The notes under the pieces: model-generated
Told to the model about the DNA's origin: nothing
What the model saw: the letters and a program-made list of their open reading frames with translations, nothing else
Databases searched by the model: none
Assembly (NCBI GenBank): GCA_045599345.1
Contig: JAZRVV010000019.1
Span: 3,103 to 67,102 of the forward strand
Length of the DNA stretch: 64,000 nt
Source of the DNA: Acutalibacteraceae bacterium
GTDB lineage: Bacteria > Bacillota > Clostridia > Oscillospirales > Acutalibacteraceae
Reading direction: 5' to 3'
Program-made: the position numbers and the translations under genes
Shown: positions 19,863 through 28,619 of the stretch, piece by piece
How the letters are laid out: every line of letters starts with the position of its first letter
Position numbering within the stretch: the stretch's first letter is position 1

Positions 19863-21259
19863 TGGCAGAAATCCGTGAAGAGAACAAGATGGGCACCATG
19901 CCCGTTGGTAAGCTTCTTGTATCTATGGCGGTGCCAATGATACTCTCCATGATTGTACAGGCACTGTACAACATCGTTGATAGTATCTTTGTTTCCCGTC
20001 TTTCTCAAGACGCTTTGTCGGCTGTATCTCTTGCCTTCTCACTCCAGAACTTGATGATTGCAGTTGGCGCAGGCACAGGCGTTGGTATCAACGCCTTCCT
20101 CTCCAAGAGCCTTGGTGAGAAGGATTTCAAAACAGCCAACAAGGTTGCAAATCACGCAATCTACTTCTGGGCTATTTCATATGCAATCTTCCTCACAATT
20201 GGCCTTACACTGACATCAGTGTATTTTAGGGCTCAGACAAATGACCCTGCAATTTTGCAGTACGGCGTTGACTATATGAAACCAGTTCTCTGTTACTCAT
20301 TCGGCCTCTTTGGCCAGATGTTCACAGAGAGACTTCTCACTTCCACTGGCCGTACAATTTATTCGATGATAATCCAGATGACTGGCGCTATCATCAATAT
20401 CATTCTTGACCCAATTATGATTTTTGGCCTCCTTGGTTGCCCAGCAATGGGCGTACGTGGCGCCGCCATTGCCACTTGCATTGGCCAGTGCTGTGCATGT
20501 GTTCTCGGCATCATCTTGAACTTTACGAAGAATGCCGATATTGAGCTTAGCGCCAAGTACCTAAAGCCAGAGTCATTTATCTTTAGGCGTGTATACCAAG
20601 TTGGTATTCCATCAATTATCATGGGATCAATTGGTTCAGTAATGACCTTTGCACTCAACAAGATTTTGATTGGCTTTACCAAGGTTGCTGTTGCCGTATT
20701 TGGCTCATACTTCAAGCTCCAGAGCTTTATCTTTATGCCAATATTTGGTCTCAACAATGGTATCATCCCAATCCTTGCATACAACCTGGGTGCACGTAAC
20801 CGTGAGCGTCTCTTAAAGACAATCAAACTCGGCCTCATCTTTGCTTTAACGACAATGACAATCGGCCTCATTCTTTTCGAGACAATCCCTGACACACTCC
20901 TTGGACTTTTCAAGTCCAACAATCCAGCCGAAAACGCAGCGCTTATCGAACTGGGTGTTCCAGCACTTAGAATAATTGCTGTTCACTTCCCAGTTGCCGC
21001 TATCTGTATCGTTATCGGCTCCACATTCCAAGCCTTTGGCAAGGCAACTTTCTCCATGGTCGTTTCAATCATGCGTCAGCTCGCAGTGCTCGTTCCTGCC
21101 GCATACTTGCTCTCCCTTACGGGAGTCCTCTCAAACGTATGGTTTGCCTTCCCAATTGCCGAAGTCATGTCCCTTGCGGTCTCGCTCTTCTTCTTCAAGG
21201 CCCGCATCCTCAAGATGATGGACTTCGACTCTGCCGAAGCGCCGGCGCTTCCAAAATAA
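19862..21259 (+). CDS. MATE family efflux transporter
   Basis: 465 aa, 12-TM pattern, typical MATE N-terminus (PMILSMIVQALYNIVDSIFV). Confidence 0.9.
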   Translation: MAEIREENKMGTMPVGKLLVSMAVPMILSMIVQALYNIVDSIFVSRLSQDALSAVSLAFSLQNLMIAVGAGTGVGINAFLSKSLGEKDFKTANKVANHAIYFWAISYAIFLTIGLTLTSVYFRAQTNDPAILQYGVDYMKPVLCYSFGLFGQMFTERLLTSTGRTIYSMIIQMTGAIINIILDPIMIFGLLGCPAMGVRGAAIATCIGQCCACVLGIILNFTKNADIELSAKYLKPESFIFRRVYQVGIPSIIMGSIGSVMTFALNKILIGFTKVAVAVFGSYFKLQSFIFMPIFGLNNGIIPILAYNLGARNRERLLKTIKLGLIFALTTMTIGLILFETIPDTLLGLFKSNNPAENAALIELGVPALRIIAVHFPVAAICIVIGSTFQAFGKATFSMVVSIMRQLAVLVPAAYLLSLTGVLSNVWFAFPIAEVMSLAVSLFFFKARILKMMDFDSAEAPALPK

Positions 21260-21274
21260 CCACATAAAATTAAC

Positions 21275-21302
21275 GCCCCAACTCATCCGAGTTGGGGCTT
21301 TT
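21275..21302 (+). terminator. Rho-independent terminator after the MATE gene
   Basis: Stem gccccaac/gttggggc followed by tttt. Confidence 0.7.
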
Positions 21303-21372
21303 ATCTTACTCATAGGCAAAGCGTGGCAGGAAGCGAGTAGCAAACTACAATCAACTAGTTGTCATAGTCATA

Positions 21373-21408
21373 TTGACAAATATGCTTACTTTATATATAA
21401 TAGTAAGC
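21373..21408 (+). promoter_or_regulatory. abiE promoter with an embedded inverted repeat (putative AbiEi operator)
   Basis: TTGACA (21373-21378), 17-nt spacer, TATAAT (21396-21401). The inverted repeat gcttact (21384-21390) / agtaagc (21402-21408) brackets the -10 box. Confidence 0.5.
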
Positions 21409-21436
21409 GTAAAAGTCAAGAAGGGAGATAGCTTTT

Positions 21437-22030
21437 ATGTCATCACTAAACGATATTATTGAATATGCAAAATCTCATAATGGTATAGTAACGGCAGATG
21501 CTATAACTAATATGGGATTATCTCGAGGTTTCTTGACATACCTTTGTGAAAAGGGATTACTTGAAAATGTATCTCGTGGAGTTTATATCATTCCTGATGT
21601 GTGGGAAGATGAGATGTTTAATTTTGCTGTTAGATTCAAAAAGGGTGTTTACTCTCATGAAACTGCGTTGTTTTTATTGGGATTAACTGATAGGACACCT
21701 GTATTTTATACAATGACGTTTTCAACAGGATACAATCTAACAAAGGTCAAAGAAGAAGGATTTAAATGTATACAGAATAAGAAAGAATTTTATTCTGATG
21801 GTATTATTCAAACTTGTACACCTTCTGGTAACCAAGTTAATTGTTATTGCATGGAAAAAACTTTATGTGATATTTTGAGGCCCCGAGTTGATATAGATGT
21901 TGCAATTGTTACAGAGGCCTTTAAACAGTATGTTAAATTGAAAGAAAGAAATATTGTTTTATTATCTGACTATGCTAAAAAATATAAAGTCGAAGATAAA
22001 GTAAGATCTTACTTAGAGGTGTTGTTATGA
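21437..22030 (+). CDS. abiEi: Type IV toxin-antitoxin / abortive infection AbiEi-family antitoxin (transcriptional regulator)
   Basis: 197 aa. The N-terminal wHTH-like region plus a C-terminal domain has AbiEi size and character. It overlaps the NTase gene by 4 nt (ATGA). Confidence 0.8.
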   Translation: MSSLNDIIEYAKSHNGIVTADAITNMGLSRGFLTYLCEKGLLENVSRGVYIIPDVWEDEMFNFAVRFKKGVYSHETALFLLGLTDRTPVFYTMTFSTGYNLTKVKEEGFKCIQNKKEFYSDGIIQTCTPSGNQVNCYCMEKTLCDILRPRVDIDVAIVTEAFKQYVKLKERNIVLLSDYAKKYKVEDKVRSYLEVLL

Positions 22031-22866
22031 AAAATGCTATGCAATTAAAAGCCATTATGAAAAACATTTCAAAAGAGAAAAATGTTTCTGCACAATTGGT
22101 TTTGCAAAACTATATGATGGAACGCCTGTTGGAGAGAATATCGTTATCTGAGTTTAAAAATAAATTTGTTATTAAGGGCGGCTTTTTGATAGCGTCAATG
22201 GTTGGACTTGATACAAGAGCAACTATGGATATAGATGCTACAGTAAAGGGATATCCAGTTGAAGAAAGTACAGTTCGCGAAATGTTTAAAAAGATTTGTG
22301 ATATTCAAATAGATGATGATATTACATTTTCTTTCGTGAATATAGAAGAGATTAGAGAGGGCGATAAATATACGGGTTATAGAGTATCCATTACTGCGGA
22401 TTACCCACCTATGTCAGTGCCTCTAAAACTTGATATTACTGCTGGAGATGTTATTACACCTAGAGAAATCAATTATAAATATAAGATGATGCTAGAAGAT
22501 AAATATATCCCTGTTCTTGCCTATAATATCGAAACTATATTGGCAGAAAAGATTGAGACTATTGTTTCTAGAGCGGATCAAAACACACGGCCTCGTGATT
22601 ACTATGATGTGTATATTTTATGGAAACTAAAACGGGATGAGATTGATTTTAAGAAGTTAGATAAGGCTTTGGAAGCAACGTCAAAAAAGAGAGGAACACA
22701 AGGCATATTAGGCGAGTATAGAAGCATTATGGAAGTTGTAAAAAATAGTGAAATAATGCAAAACTACTGGAAGAAATATCAAAATAGTAATTTTTATGCA
22801 AATGATATTGCCTTTGAGGATACGTGTGAAACTGTAGTGGAGATTATGAGTTGTTTAAACATCTAA
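22027..22866 (+). CDS. abiEii: AbiEii/AbiGii-family nucleotidyltransferase toxin
   Basis: 279 aa with NTase signature IKGGFLIASMVGLDTRATMDIDATV (hGG...DxD) and a downstream RPRDYYD motif typical of the family. Confidence 0.85.
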   Translation: MKNAMQLKAIMKNISKEKNVSAQLVLQNYMMERLLERISLSEFKNKFVIKGGFLIASMVGLDTRATMDIDATVKGYPVEESTVREMFKKICDIQIDDDITFSFVNIEEIREGDKYTGYRVSITADYPPMSVPLKLDITAGDVITPREINYKYKMMLEDKYIPVLAYNIETILAEKIETIVSRADQNTRPRDYYDVYILWKLKRDEIDFKKLDKALEATSKKRGTQGILGEYRSIMEVVKNSEIMQNYWKKYQNSNFYANDIAFEDTCETVVEIMSCLNI

Positions 22867-22896
22867 ACCCTTAAGAGCCCAAAATGAATAGTTGCG

Positions 22897-23111
22897 ACCA
22901 GCAAAGTTCCACTTTGCTGGTGATGTCTAGCCCGTAGCGTAGGATAGGTGGCGGGTCAAGGTCTTTAGAGCAGAGCGTACCTTGACGCGCCAACTAGACT
23001 ACGCTACTAAACTGTAAGTTGGGTGGGGCGCTCGGGCCGGCAGGGGGGAGGGTTACTTTTATTTGAAAAATGAAAGTCGTGCAAACTGTAAGGGTTTGCT
23101 TGACTTTCATA
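22897..23111. other. GC-rich, highly structured intergenic element of unknown nature
   Basis: 11-bp hairpin accagcaaagt/actttgctggt (22897-22921). Long imperfect hairpin centred on gtcaaggt/accttgac (22949-22992). Mutually exclusive pairings gtctag/ctagac and gtagcgtag/ctacgctac. G-run 23020-23055. Further hairpin atgaaagtc..gactttcat (23069-23110). Confidence 0.3.
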
Positions 23112-23149
23112 AACAAAAAGAGCCTCAATTCCTGGCAAGGGATTGAGGC
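23112..23149 (-). terminator. Rho-independent terminator of the DUF1846 gene
   Basis: Stem gcctcaat..attgaggc (23122-23149). On the minus strand it is followed by ctttttgttt. Confidence 0.7.
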
Positions 23150-23163
23150 GTTTGTTTGTGAAA

Positions 23164-24651
23164 TTACTTGTGGAAGAGGGTGTTGGACTGGTACTCTGGC
23201 TCGCAAGTGAGGTTGATGCCAAGCTTCTTGTAGATTTCGGCATCAACACTTGAGACGATGACTGTCGTGTGAGCCTCGCAGCCACGAAGGCTTGAAAGAC
23301 AGTCCATAGCGCGGGCAGCATTTTTGTCAGTAGCCGCTGCGATGGAGAGCGCGATGAGCGTCTCGTCAGAGTGGAGGCGTGGATTCTTGCTGCCAAGCGT
23401 GTCGGTTTTGAGAGCCTGGATAGGCTCGAAAACCATAGGAGGAATAAGGTGTACCTCATCCTTGATATCAGCAAGTTCCTTGAGTGCATTGAGAAGCACT
23501 GCTGAGCAGGAACCAAGCAAATCGGTTGTACGACCGGTTACAATGTGACCGTTTGGAAGTTCGATTGCTGCTGCTGGAAGTCCGCCATTGTCGCGAGACT
23601 TGGCACAGGAAACAGCGATTACTTCACGGTCATCCTTGGTAAGTCCTGCCTGCTTTACTATCATCTCAAGCTTCATTACAAGGTCGTTTTCAACAATGCC
23701 CTTCTTTTTATCGCAGAGGGCCTTGTAATACCTGCGGATGATTTCTTGGTTGGCAGCATAGATACATGCATCATCGTCAATGATGCAGTTGCCTGCCATA
23801 TTAACACCCATGTCTGTTGGTGATTTGTATGGTGACTCACCAGAGATTTCCTCAAAGATTGCATTGAGGACTGGGAATACTTCAACATCACGGTTGTAGT
23901 TTACTGTTGTCTTGCCATAGGCCTCAAGGTGGAATGGGTCAATCATGTTGACGTCATCAAGGTCAGCTGTTGCTGCCTCATAGGCCAAGTTTACAGGATG
24001 CTTGAGTGGGAGATTCCAGATTGGGAATGTCTCGAACTTGGCATATCCTGATTTGATGCCACGCTTGTTATCGTGGTAGAGCTGTGAGAGGCATGTTGCC
24101 ATTTTGCCACTACCAGGACCAGGAGCTGTGATGACTACAAGTTCACGAGTTGTATGGATGTATTCGTTCTTGCCAAATCCCTCATCGGATACGATGAGTG
24201 GGATGTTTGATGGATAACCATCAATTGGATAGTGGCGATATACGTCAACGCCAAGGTTCTCAAGACGCTTCTTGAACGCATCGGCAGATGGTTGGTTCTG
24301 ATAGCGTGTAAGCACTACGCTACCAACATAGAGGCCGATGCTCTTGAATGCGTCGATAAGGCGAAGGATTTCAAGGTCATAGGTGATGCCTGTATCGCCG
24401 CGAACCTTGTTCTTTTCAATATCGCCAGCATTGATTGCGATAACTATTTCTGCCTTGTCCTTGAGCTGGAGGAGCATCTGAAGTTTACTGTCTGGTTTGA
24501 AACCAGGGAGAACACGTGAGGCATGATAGTCGTCGAAGAGTTTGCCACCAAACTCTAGGTAGAGTTTGCCACCAAAGCTTTCGATACGCTTCGCAATATG
24601 CTCAGATTGTGTCTGAAGATATTTTTCATTGTCGAATCCTATTTTGCCCAT
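23164..24651 (-). CDS. DUF1846 / UPF0371 family protein
   Basis: 495 aa. The N-terminus MGKIGFDNEKYLQTQSEHI and the length match UPF0371 as I remember it. Its start overlaps the sortase stop by 13 nt. Confidence 0.8.
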   Translation of the reverse strand: MGKIGFDNEKYLQTQSEHIAKRIESFGGKLYLEFGGKLFDDYHASRVLPGFKPDSKLQMLLQLKDKAEIVIAINAGDIEKNKVRGDTGITYDLEILRLIDAFKSIGLYVGSVVLTRYQNQPSADAFKKRLENLGVDVYRHYPIDGYPSNIPLIVSDEGFGKNEYIHTTRELVVITAPGPGSGKMATCLSQLYHDNKRGIKSGYAKFETFPIWNLPLKHPVNLAYEAATADLDDVNMIDPFHLEAYGKTTVNYNRDVEVFPVLNAIFEEISGESPYKSPTDMGVNMAGNCIIDDDACIYAANQEIIRRYYKALCDKKKGIVENDLVMKLEMIVKQAGLTKDDREVIAVSCAKSRDNGGLPAAAIELPNGHIVTGRTTDLLGSCSAVLLNALKELADIKDEVHLIPPMVFEPIQALKTDTLGSKNPRLHSDETLIALSIAAATDKNAARAMDCLSSLRGCEAHTTVIVSSVDAEIYKKLGINLTCEPEYQSNTLFHK

Positions 24652-25370
24652 ACGGTTTTTACCTCTTTTGCTACTATTACAAATCTTTCTGTTTTTGTCC
24701 TACTCGTACATGTTGAAAGAGTGACGAATTTTTCTTTGCCTGTGAACTTCATATTAGGCTTGTTACATTCGGCTCTGTCATAAATTGCTTCAATCCAAGC
24801 TTTTTGAATGTCACTGTTTGTGAATTTGAATTTGTAAACTGGATCTGTTGTCTCAACTGTGAGTGCAGCAACAATTTGGTACTGCTTTTCAGTGTCGCCA
24901 TAGAGAATGTACACGTTTGGATGATTGTTAAAGTAATCGGAATTCTTATACTTTTTAAGCGAGCCAAACATCGAATCGTTTCGCGTGTTGTGACCATAGA
25001 TTACGGTGTTTGGGTCATCCATTGAACAGTACTGGTCTATGAAAATACTACCAAAGTCGGAGTAGACATTGTCATATGTGTGCTTTAGGTAGTACTGGTT
25101 GTCCTCTGGCTGAAGGAGCGGGTAGTCAACCGGTGTGTCCGGTATTTTGATCCATCCAGCAATGTCTTCGTTGGTCTTTTTGAGCTCTACTAAATCAACT
25201 ATGAAGTGGTAGTCTTTGTTCTCTGTGACCTCTTCAACCTTGTTTTGAACACCCTCATAAAGCTGATTGCCACGACGATAGTTTAGGCCGATTTTTATCA
25301 GTTGAGAGAGGGAGAATATAAAGAGGGCAATGAAAATTACTTCAAGTATTGTGTATATGCGCTTTTTCAT
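24639..25370 (-). CDS. srtB: Class B sortase
   Basis: N-terminal TM anchor, DYPLLQ...DNQYYLKH motif, GSIFID, and catalytic TLSTC. Start set at ATG 25370, after GAGGAGGG. Confidence 0.85.
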   Translation of the reverse strand: MKKRIYTILEVIFIALFIFSLSQLIKIGLNYRRGNQLYEGVQNKVEEVTENKDYHFIVDLVELKKTNEDIAGWIKIPDTPVDYPLLQPEDNQYYLKHTYDNVYSDFGSIFIDQYCSMDDPNTVIYGHNTRNDSMFGSLKKYKNSDYFNNHPNVYILYGDTEKQYQIVAALTVETTDPVYKFKFTNSDIQKAWIEAIYDRAECNKPNMKFTGKEKFVTLSTCTSRTKTERFVIVAKEVKTVWAK

Positions 25371-25502
25371 TTTATCCCTCCTCAAAATTACAGATAATTA
25401 TATCATAAATTGGGAAGCCTTACCACTTTTTTTGGTACTTTATTTTTAAGGTTTTTAATATTATAATTAAATATGTATATTTAATAAAACGAGGTTTACA
25501 CT

Positions 25503-26696
25503 ATGCAAGCAAAAAGACTTTCTCGAGTCTTGGCGTTATTGCTCGTACTTTGTATGATGGTCTTTACCTTTACCGCCTGTGGCGATAAAGAGGAGCCAAC
25601 ACTTGAAACTACAAAGTCAGACCTCACTACTGAACCTCAGAGTTCAGACGAGACGACATCGGGTGAAGATGCCAGTGATAACACTGGATCTTATACGTCG
25701 GGCAAGTCTGATGGAGGTAAGTCTACAACCAAGAATTCTGGTGGCAAGTCTACGACCAAGGATTCTAGTGGTGGCACTAAAGCTACAACAAAGAGTGGCG
25801 GAGGTTCAGGCGGTGGCGGTCAGCAACAGCCAAAGACTACAAAACCGAAGCAGACAGCAGCTCCGACACAAGCAAAGTCTAACACTTATTATGCACCACA
25901 GGTTATCTATAACTCTGCACCGGGCACACTTGTTCAGACTTTCTCAGATGGAAGCGCAATTGATTATTCAAATACTGCTAGTGGATATGTAATGGTCAAG
26001 TACGCAGGACCACACTCCAACGTACGTGTCCAGGTTACAGCGCCAGGTGGTTCTAAACCAGTTTATCCTATATTCTCAAGGGACTGGGAAGCACTACCAC
26101 TCACAAATGGTAATGGTACATATTCAATAGCCCTTCTTGCAAATGATGGTGGCACATCCTACACTGTTGCCGGCAAGCTTGACGTAAACGTTGCTTTGTC
26201 GTACTCAACAGTGGCTTTCTATAGACCAAACATCTTCTGCAACTACAGTGGAGGCACTTCGTGCGTTACATACGCCGCTGAGCTTACACGAGGCTGCGAT
26301 ACAGAGATGGCTAAAATTGAGGCAATCTACAACTACGTTGTAAACAATTTTAGATACGACTATGGCAAGGCATCCTCAGTAGCCTCATCGGCGTACGTTC
26401 CAAACCTCAACAGCGTTTGGGCATCAAAATCAGGAATCTGTTTTGACTACGCATCAACGATGGCGGCAATGCTTAGGACACAGGGACTGCCAACCAAGGT
26501 CTGTGTTGGCTATGTAAATGGCAGCACATATCACGCTTGGATTTCTGTATATGTTTCCGGCAGTGGTTGGGTAAACGGAATTATCCAGTTTAACGGCAAC
26601 ACTTGGAAACTTATGGACCCAACATTTGCATCGACCGGTGGCAACAAGTATGACTGGTCCACGAAGGGATCTTATTCAACAATGTATTACTATTGA
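25503..26696 (+). CDS. Lipoprotein with an S/T/G/K-rich linker and a transglutaminase-core (Cys-His-Asp) domain
   Basis: Lipobox FTFTAC. Low-complexity residues roughly 30-120. Triad contexts GICFDYAS, YHAWISVY and LMDPT. Confidence 0.8.
   Translation: MQAKRLSRVLALLLVLCMMVFTFTACGDKEEPTLETTKSDLTTEPQSSDETTSGEDASDNTGSYTSGKSDGGKSTTKNSGGKSTTKDSSGGTKATTKSGGGSGGGGQQQPKTTKPKQTAAPTQAKSNTYYAPQVIYNSAPGTLVQTFSDGSAIDYSNTASGYVMVKYAGPHSNVRVQVTAPGGSKPVYPIFSRDWEALPLTNGNGTYSIALLANDGGTSYTVAGKLDVNVALSYSTVAFYRPNIFCNYSGGTSCVTYAAELTRGCDTEMAKIEAIYNYVVNNFRYDYGKASSVASSAYVPNLNSVWASKSGICFDYASTMAAMLRTQGLPTKVCVGYVNGSTYHAWISVYVSGSGWVNGIIQFNGNTWKLMDPTFASTGGNKYDWSTKGSYSTMYYY
25713..25766 (+). repeat. 27-nt in-frame tandem repeat (x2) inside the transglutaminase lipoprotein linker
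   Basis: ggaggtaagtctacaaccaagaattct / ggtggcaagtctacgaccaaggattct, encoding GGKSTTKNS / GGKSTTKDS. Confidence 0.8.
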
Positions 26697-26713
26697 TATA
26701 AAGGAGAACGAAC

Positions 26714-27757
26714 ATGAGTATAAAACAGCTTGATGGACCTTATCTCTCATCATTTTGTATGGAACTCTCACTCTGCCTTAAAGCAGGTATCTCTCTCAAT
26801 GAGGGACTCTTTATGCTCGCACAGGATGAGACAGATAAGGATTTAAAAGAAATGCTCTCTTCACTCTACGAGAAGATGGACGGCGGTATGAGTCTTGAAG
26901 AGGCTTTGGGTGAGGCAGGATGCTTCCCTAAATATTTAGTAGAAATGATCGAGATTGGTTCTCGTACAGGTAGGCTTGAAGCAGTGCTTCGCGCACTCTC
27001 AGCTTATTACACAAGACAGGTTGAAATTACAAGAAGCATCAAGAGTGCAGTTGTATATCCTCTTGTTTTGATGTTTATGTTGCTTCTCGTTATCGGCGTA
27101 CTTATTACAAAGGTACTCCCAATCTTTAACGATGTATTCCATGAGCTTGGCGCAGAGATGAGCCCAGTTGCAGTAAGCATCATGAACTTTGGTACTGGTA
27201 TTACAAAGTATGCAGCAATTATCCTTGCAGTAGTTGTTGTAATTGCAATCGTTGCAATCTTTATCAGCGCAGTACCAAGTCTTTCACTTAAGTGTGTAAA
27301 CTTCTTTAATAAAATCACATCTAATAGAAAAATCTCTAAGAAGATTGCATCTGCTCGTTTTGCAAACGGCATGGCAATGACACTTGCATCTGGTCTTGAT
27401 ACAGATGAATCACTTGATATGGTAGAGCGCATTACAGACAACCCTGTAATGCTTGGCCGTATTTCAAAGTGCCGTGAACTTATGAAGCAGGGCGAACTTT
27501 TCGTAGATGCTATTGCAAAGTCCGAGATATTTAACTCTATGTACTGCCGTATGCTTTCAATCGGTTTCAAGACCGGTACAGCAGACACAGTAATGGATGA
27601 GATTGCTCACCGCAGCGAAGCTGAGGTTGACGAGAATATCGAGTCAATTATCAACAAGGTTGAGCCAACACTTGTTATCATCATGTCACTTGTAGTTGGT
27701 CTTATCCTTCTTTCAGTAATGCTCCCACTTATGAGCATCATGACCACAATAGGTTAA
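26714..27757 (+). CDS. Type II secretion/type IV pilus platform protein (GspF/PilC/ComGB-like, two T2SSF repeats)
   Basis: 347 aa. It has two internally similar halves (about residues 10-130 and 205-340), each ending in TM helices. The second ends in the family-typical EP..II motif. Confidence 0.85.
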   Translation: MSIKQLDGPYLSSFCMELSLCLKAGISLNEGLFMLAQDETDKDLKEMLSSLYEKMDGGMSLEEALGEAGCFPKYLVEMIEIGSRTGRLEAVLRALSAYYTRQVEITRSIKSAVVYPLVLMFMLLLVIGVLITKVLPIFNDVFHELGAEMSPVAVSIMNFGTGITKYAAIILAVVVVIAIVAIFISAVPSLSLKCVNFFNKITSNRKISKKIASARFANGMAMTLASGLDTDESLDMVERITDNPVMLGRISKCRELMKQGELFVDAIAKSEIFNSMYCRMLSIGFKTGTADTVMDEIAHRSEAEVDENIESIINKVEPTLVIIMSLVVGLILLSVMLPLMSIMTTIG

Positions 27758-27777
27758 ACGTCTAAGGAGTAAGATTT

Positions 27778-28125
27778 ATGGAAACTAAAGTAAGGAAGCG
27801 CTCGGCGTTTGAAATAATACGTGGGCATCTCCTGTCTATAGTGTTCTTCGTAGTCATTTTTGCATTCTTTATTTACGGCGTAAATAGCGCCGAGAAGAAC
27901 TCCGCATCGGAGAGCAAAAATGTGCTAGAAGAAAGCCTCCATAAAGCAGTAGTTTCCTGCTATGCGCTTGAGGGTGCTTACCCATCAAGCGTGCAGTACC
28001 TTGAAGACAACTACGGCTTAACTTATGACAAAGATAAGTATGCAATAGGCTATGTCGCATTTGCCGACAACATCATGCCTGACATGCAAATCATTGAACT
28101 AGGTGAGGAGGTACCCGCAGAATGA
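27778..28125 (+). CDS. Small membrane-anchored protein with a pilin-like N-terminus (non-canonical)
   Basis: 115 aa. Basic leader METKVRKRS, then AFEIIRGHLLSIVFFVVIFAFFIYGV. AAGGAG RBS. The stop overlaps the next start (ATGA). Confidence 0.5.
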   Translation: METKVRKRSAFEIIRGHLLSIVFFVVIFAFFIYGVNSAEKNSASESKNVLEESLHKAVVSCYALEGAYPSSVQYLEDNYGLTYDKDKYAIGYVAFADNIMPDMQIIELGEEVPAE

Positions 28126-28619
28126 AAAAGAGAACTGCTTACACAGTAGATACAATATTTGTGTTGGTTCTCTTTGCAGTATTCGCTATTACAGTACTTT
28201 TCGTACTGATGAGCGGAGCGGGTGTCTATAAGGACACGCAGAGCGTTATGACAGAGAGATATCAAGAACGCACATGTCTCTCATATATAACAGCAAAGGT
28301 CAACCATTACGACGAAAGCGGCAAGGTCTATGTAGCCGATGTAAACGGCGTGCAGGCGCTTGCAGTTGACGAGGAAATGGGTGGAACCACATACACAACA
28401 TATATCTACTGCACCGATGGTTCGGTGAAGGAGATAATGGTAGAAAAGGGAGCATCATTTGAACTTGATGCTGGCCTTGATATCATTGCAGCAAAGAAGC
28501 TGAGTTTTGAGACAAACGATAACCTCATCAAGGTTATCTGTACTGGCGAGACGGGCAAAACCGCTTTCGTCACCCTCCATGTTGCATCAGGATTAGGAGG
28601 TGGCGAGATTGAAGACTAA
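28122..28619 (+). CDS. DUF4860-like small protein with a pilin-like N-terminus
   Basis: 165 aa. MKKRT then AYTVDTIFVLVLFAVFAITVLFVLM, with an acidic residue at +5 of the putative mature end. Confidence 0.55.
   Translation: MKKRTAYTVDTIFVLVLFAVFAITVLFVLMSGAGVYKDTQSVMTERYQERTCLSYITAKVNHYDESGKVYVADVNGVQALAVDEEMGGTTYTTYIYCTDGSVKEIMVEKGASFELDAGLDIIAAKKLSFETNDNLIKVICTGETGKTAFVTLHVASGLGGGEIED

Noticed and set aside
22925-23007. Resemblance of gataggtggcgggtcaaggt...accttgacgcgccaactagacta to the 3'-terminal helix of 23S rRNA (GATAGGC.GGGTG...CCAGTACTAAT) and, more loosely, to SRP RNA domain IV (GGTCAGGTCC...TGACGCG).
   Set aside because: The match rests only on short remembered strings. There is no GNRA tetraloop or AGCA symmetric-loop signature for SRP, and no flanking rRNA or 5S sequence. 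It remains unresolved rather than called; a cmscan would decide.
22994-23516. Minus-strand ORFs of 70 aa and 169 aa covering the GC-rich intergenic element and the end of the DUF1846 gene.
   Set aside because: They are out of frame with DUF1846, cross its terminator, and are proline/serine-rich translations of GC-rich non-coding DNA.
25386-25502. Looked for a c-di-GMP riboswitch upstream of the filament operon, as found in front of clostridial pilin genes.
   Set aside because: The 117-nt region is AT-rich with no conserved GEMM-type helices or the ACGCACAGGGCAAACC-like core. It looks like a plain divergent promoter region.
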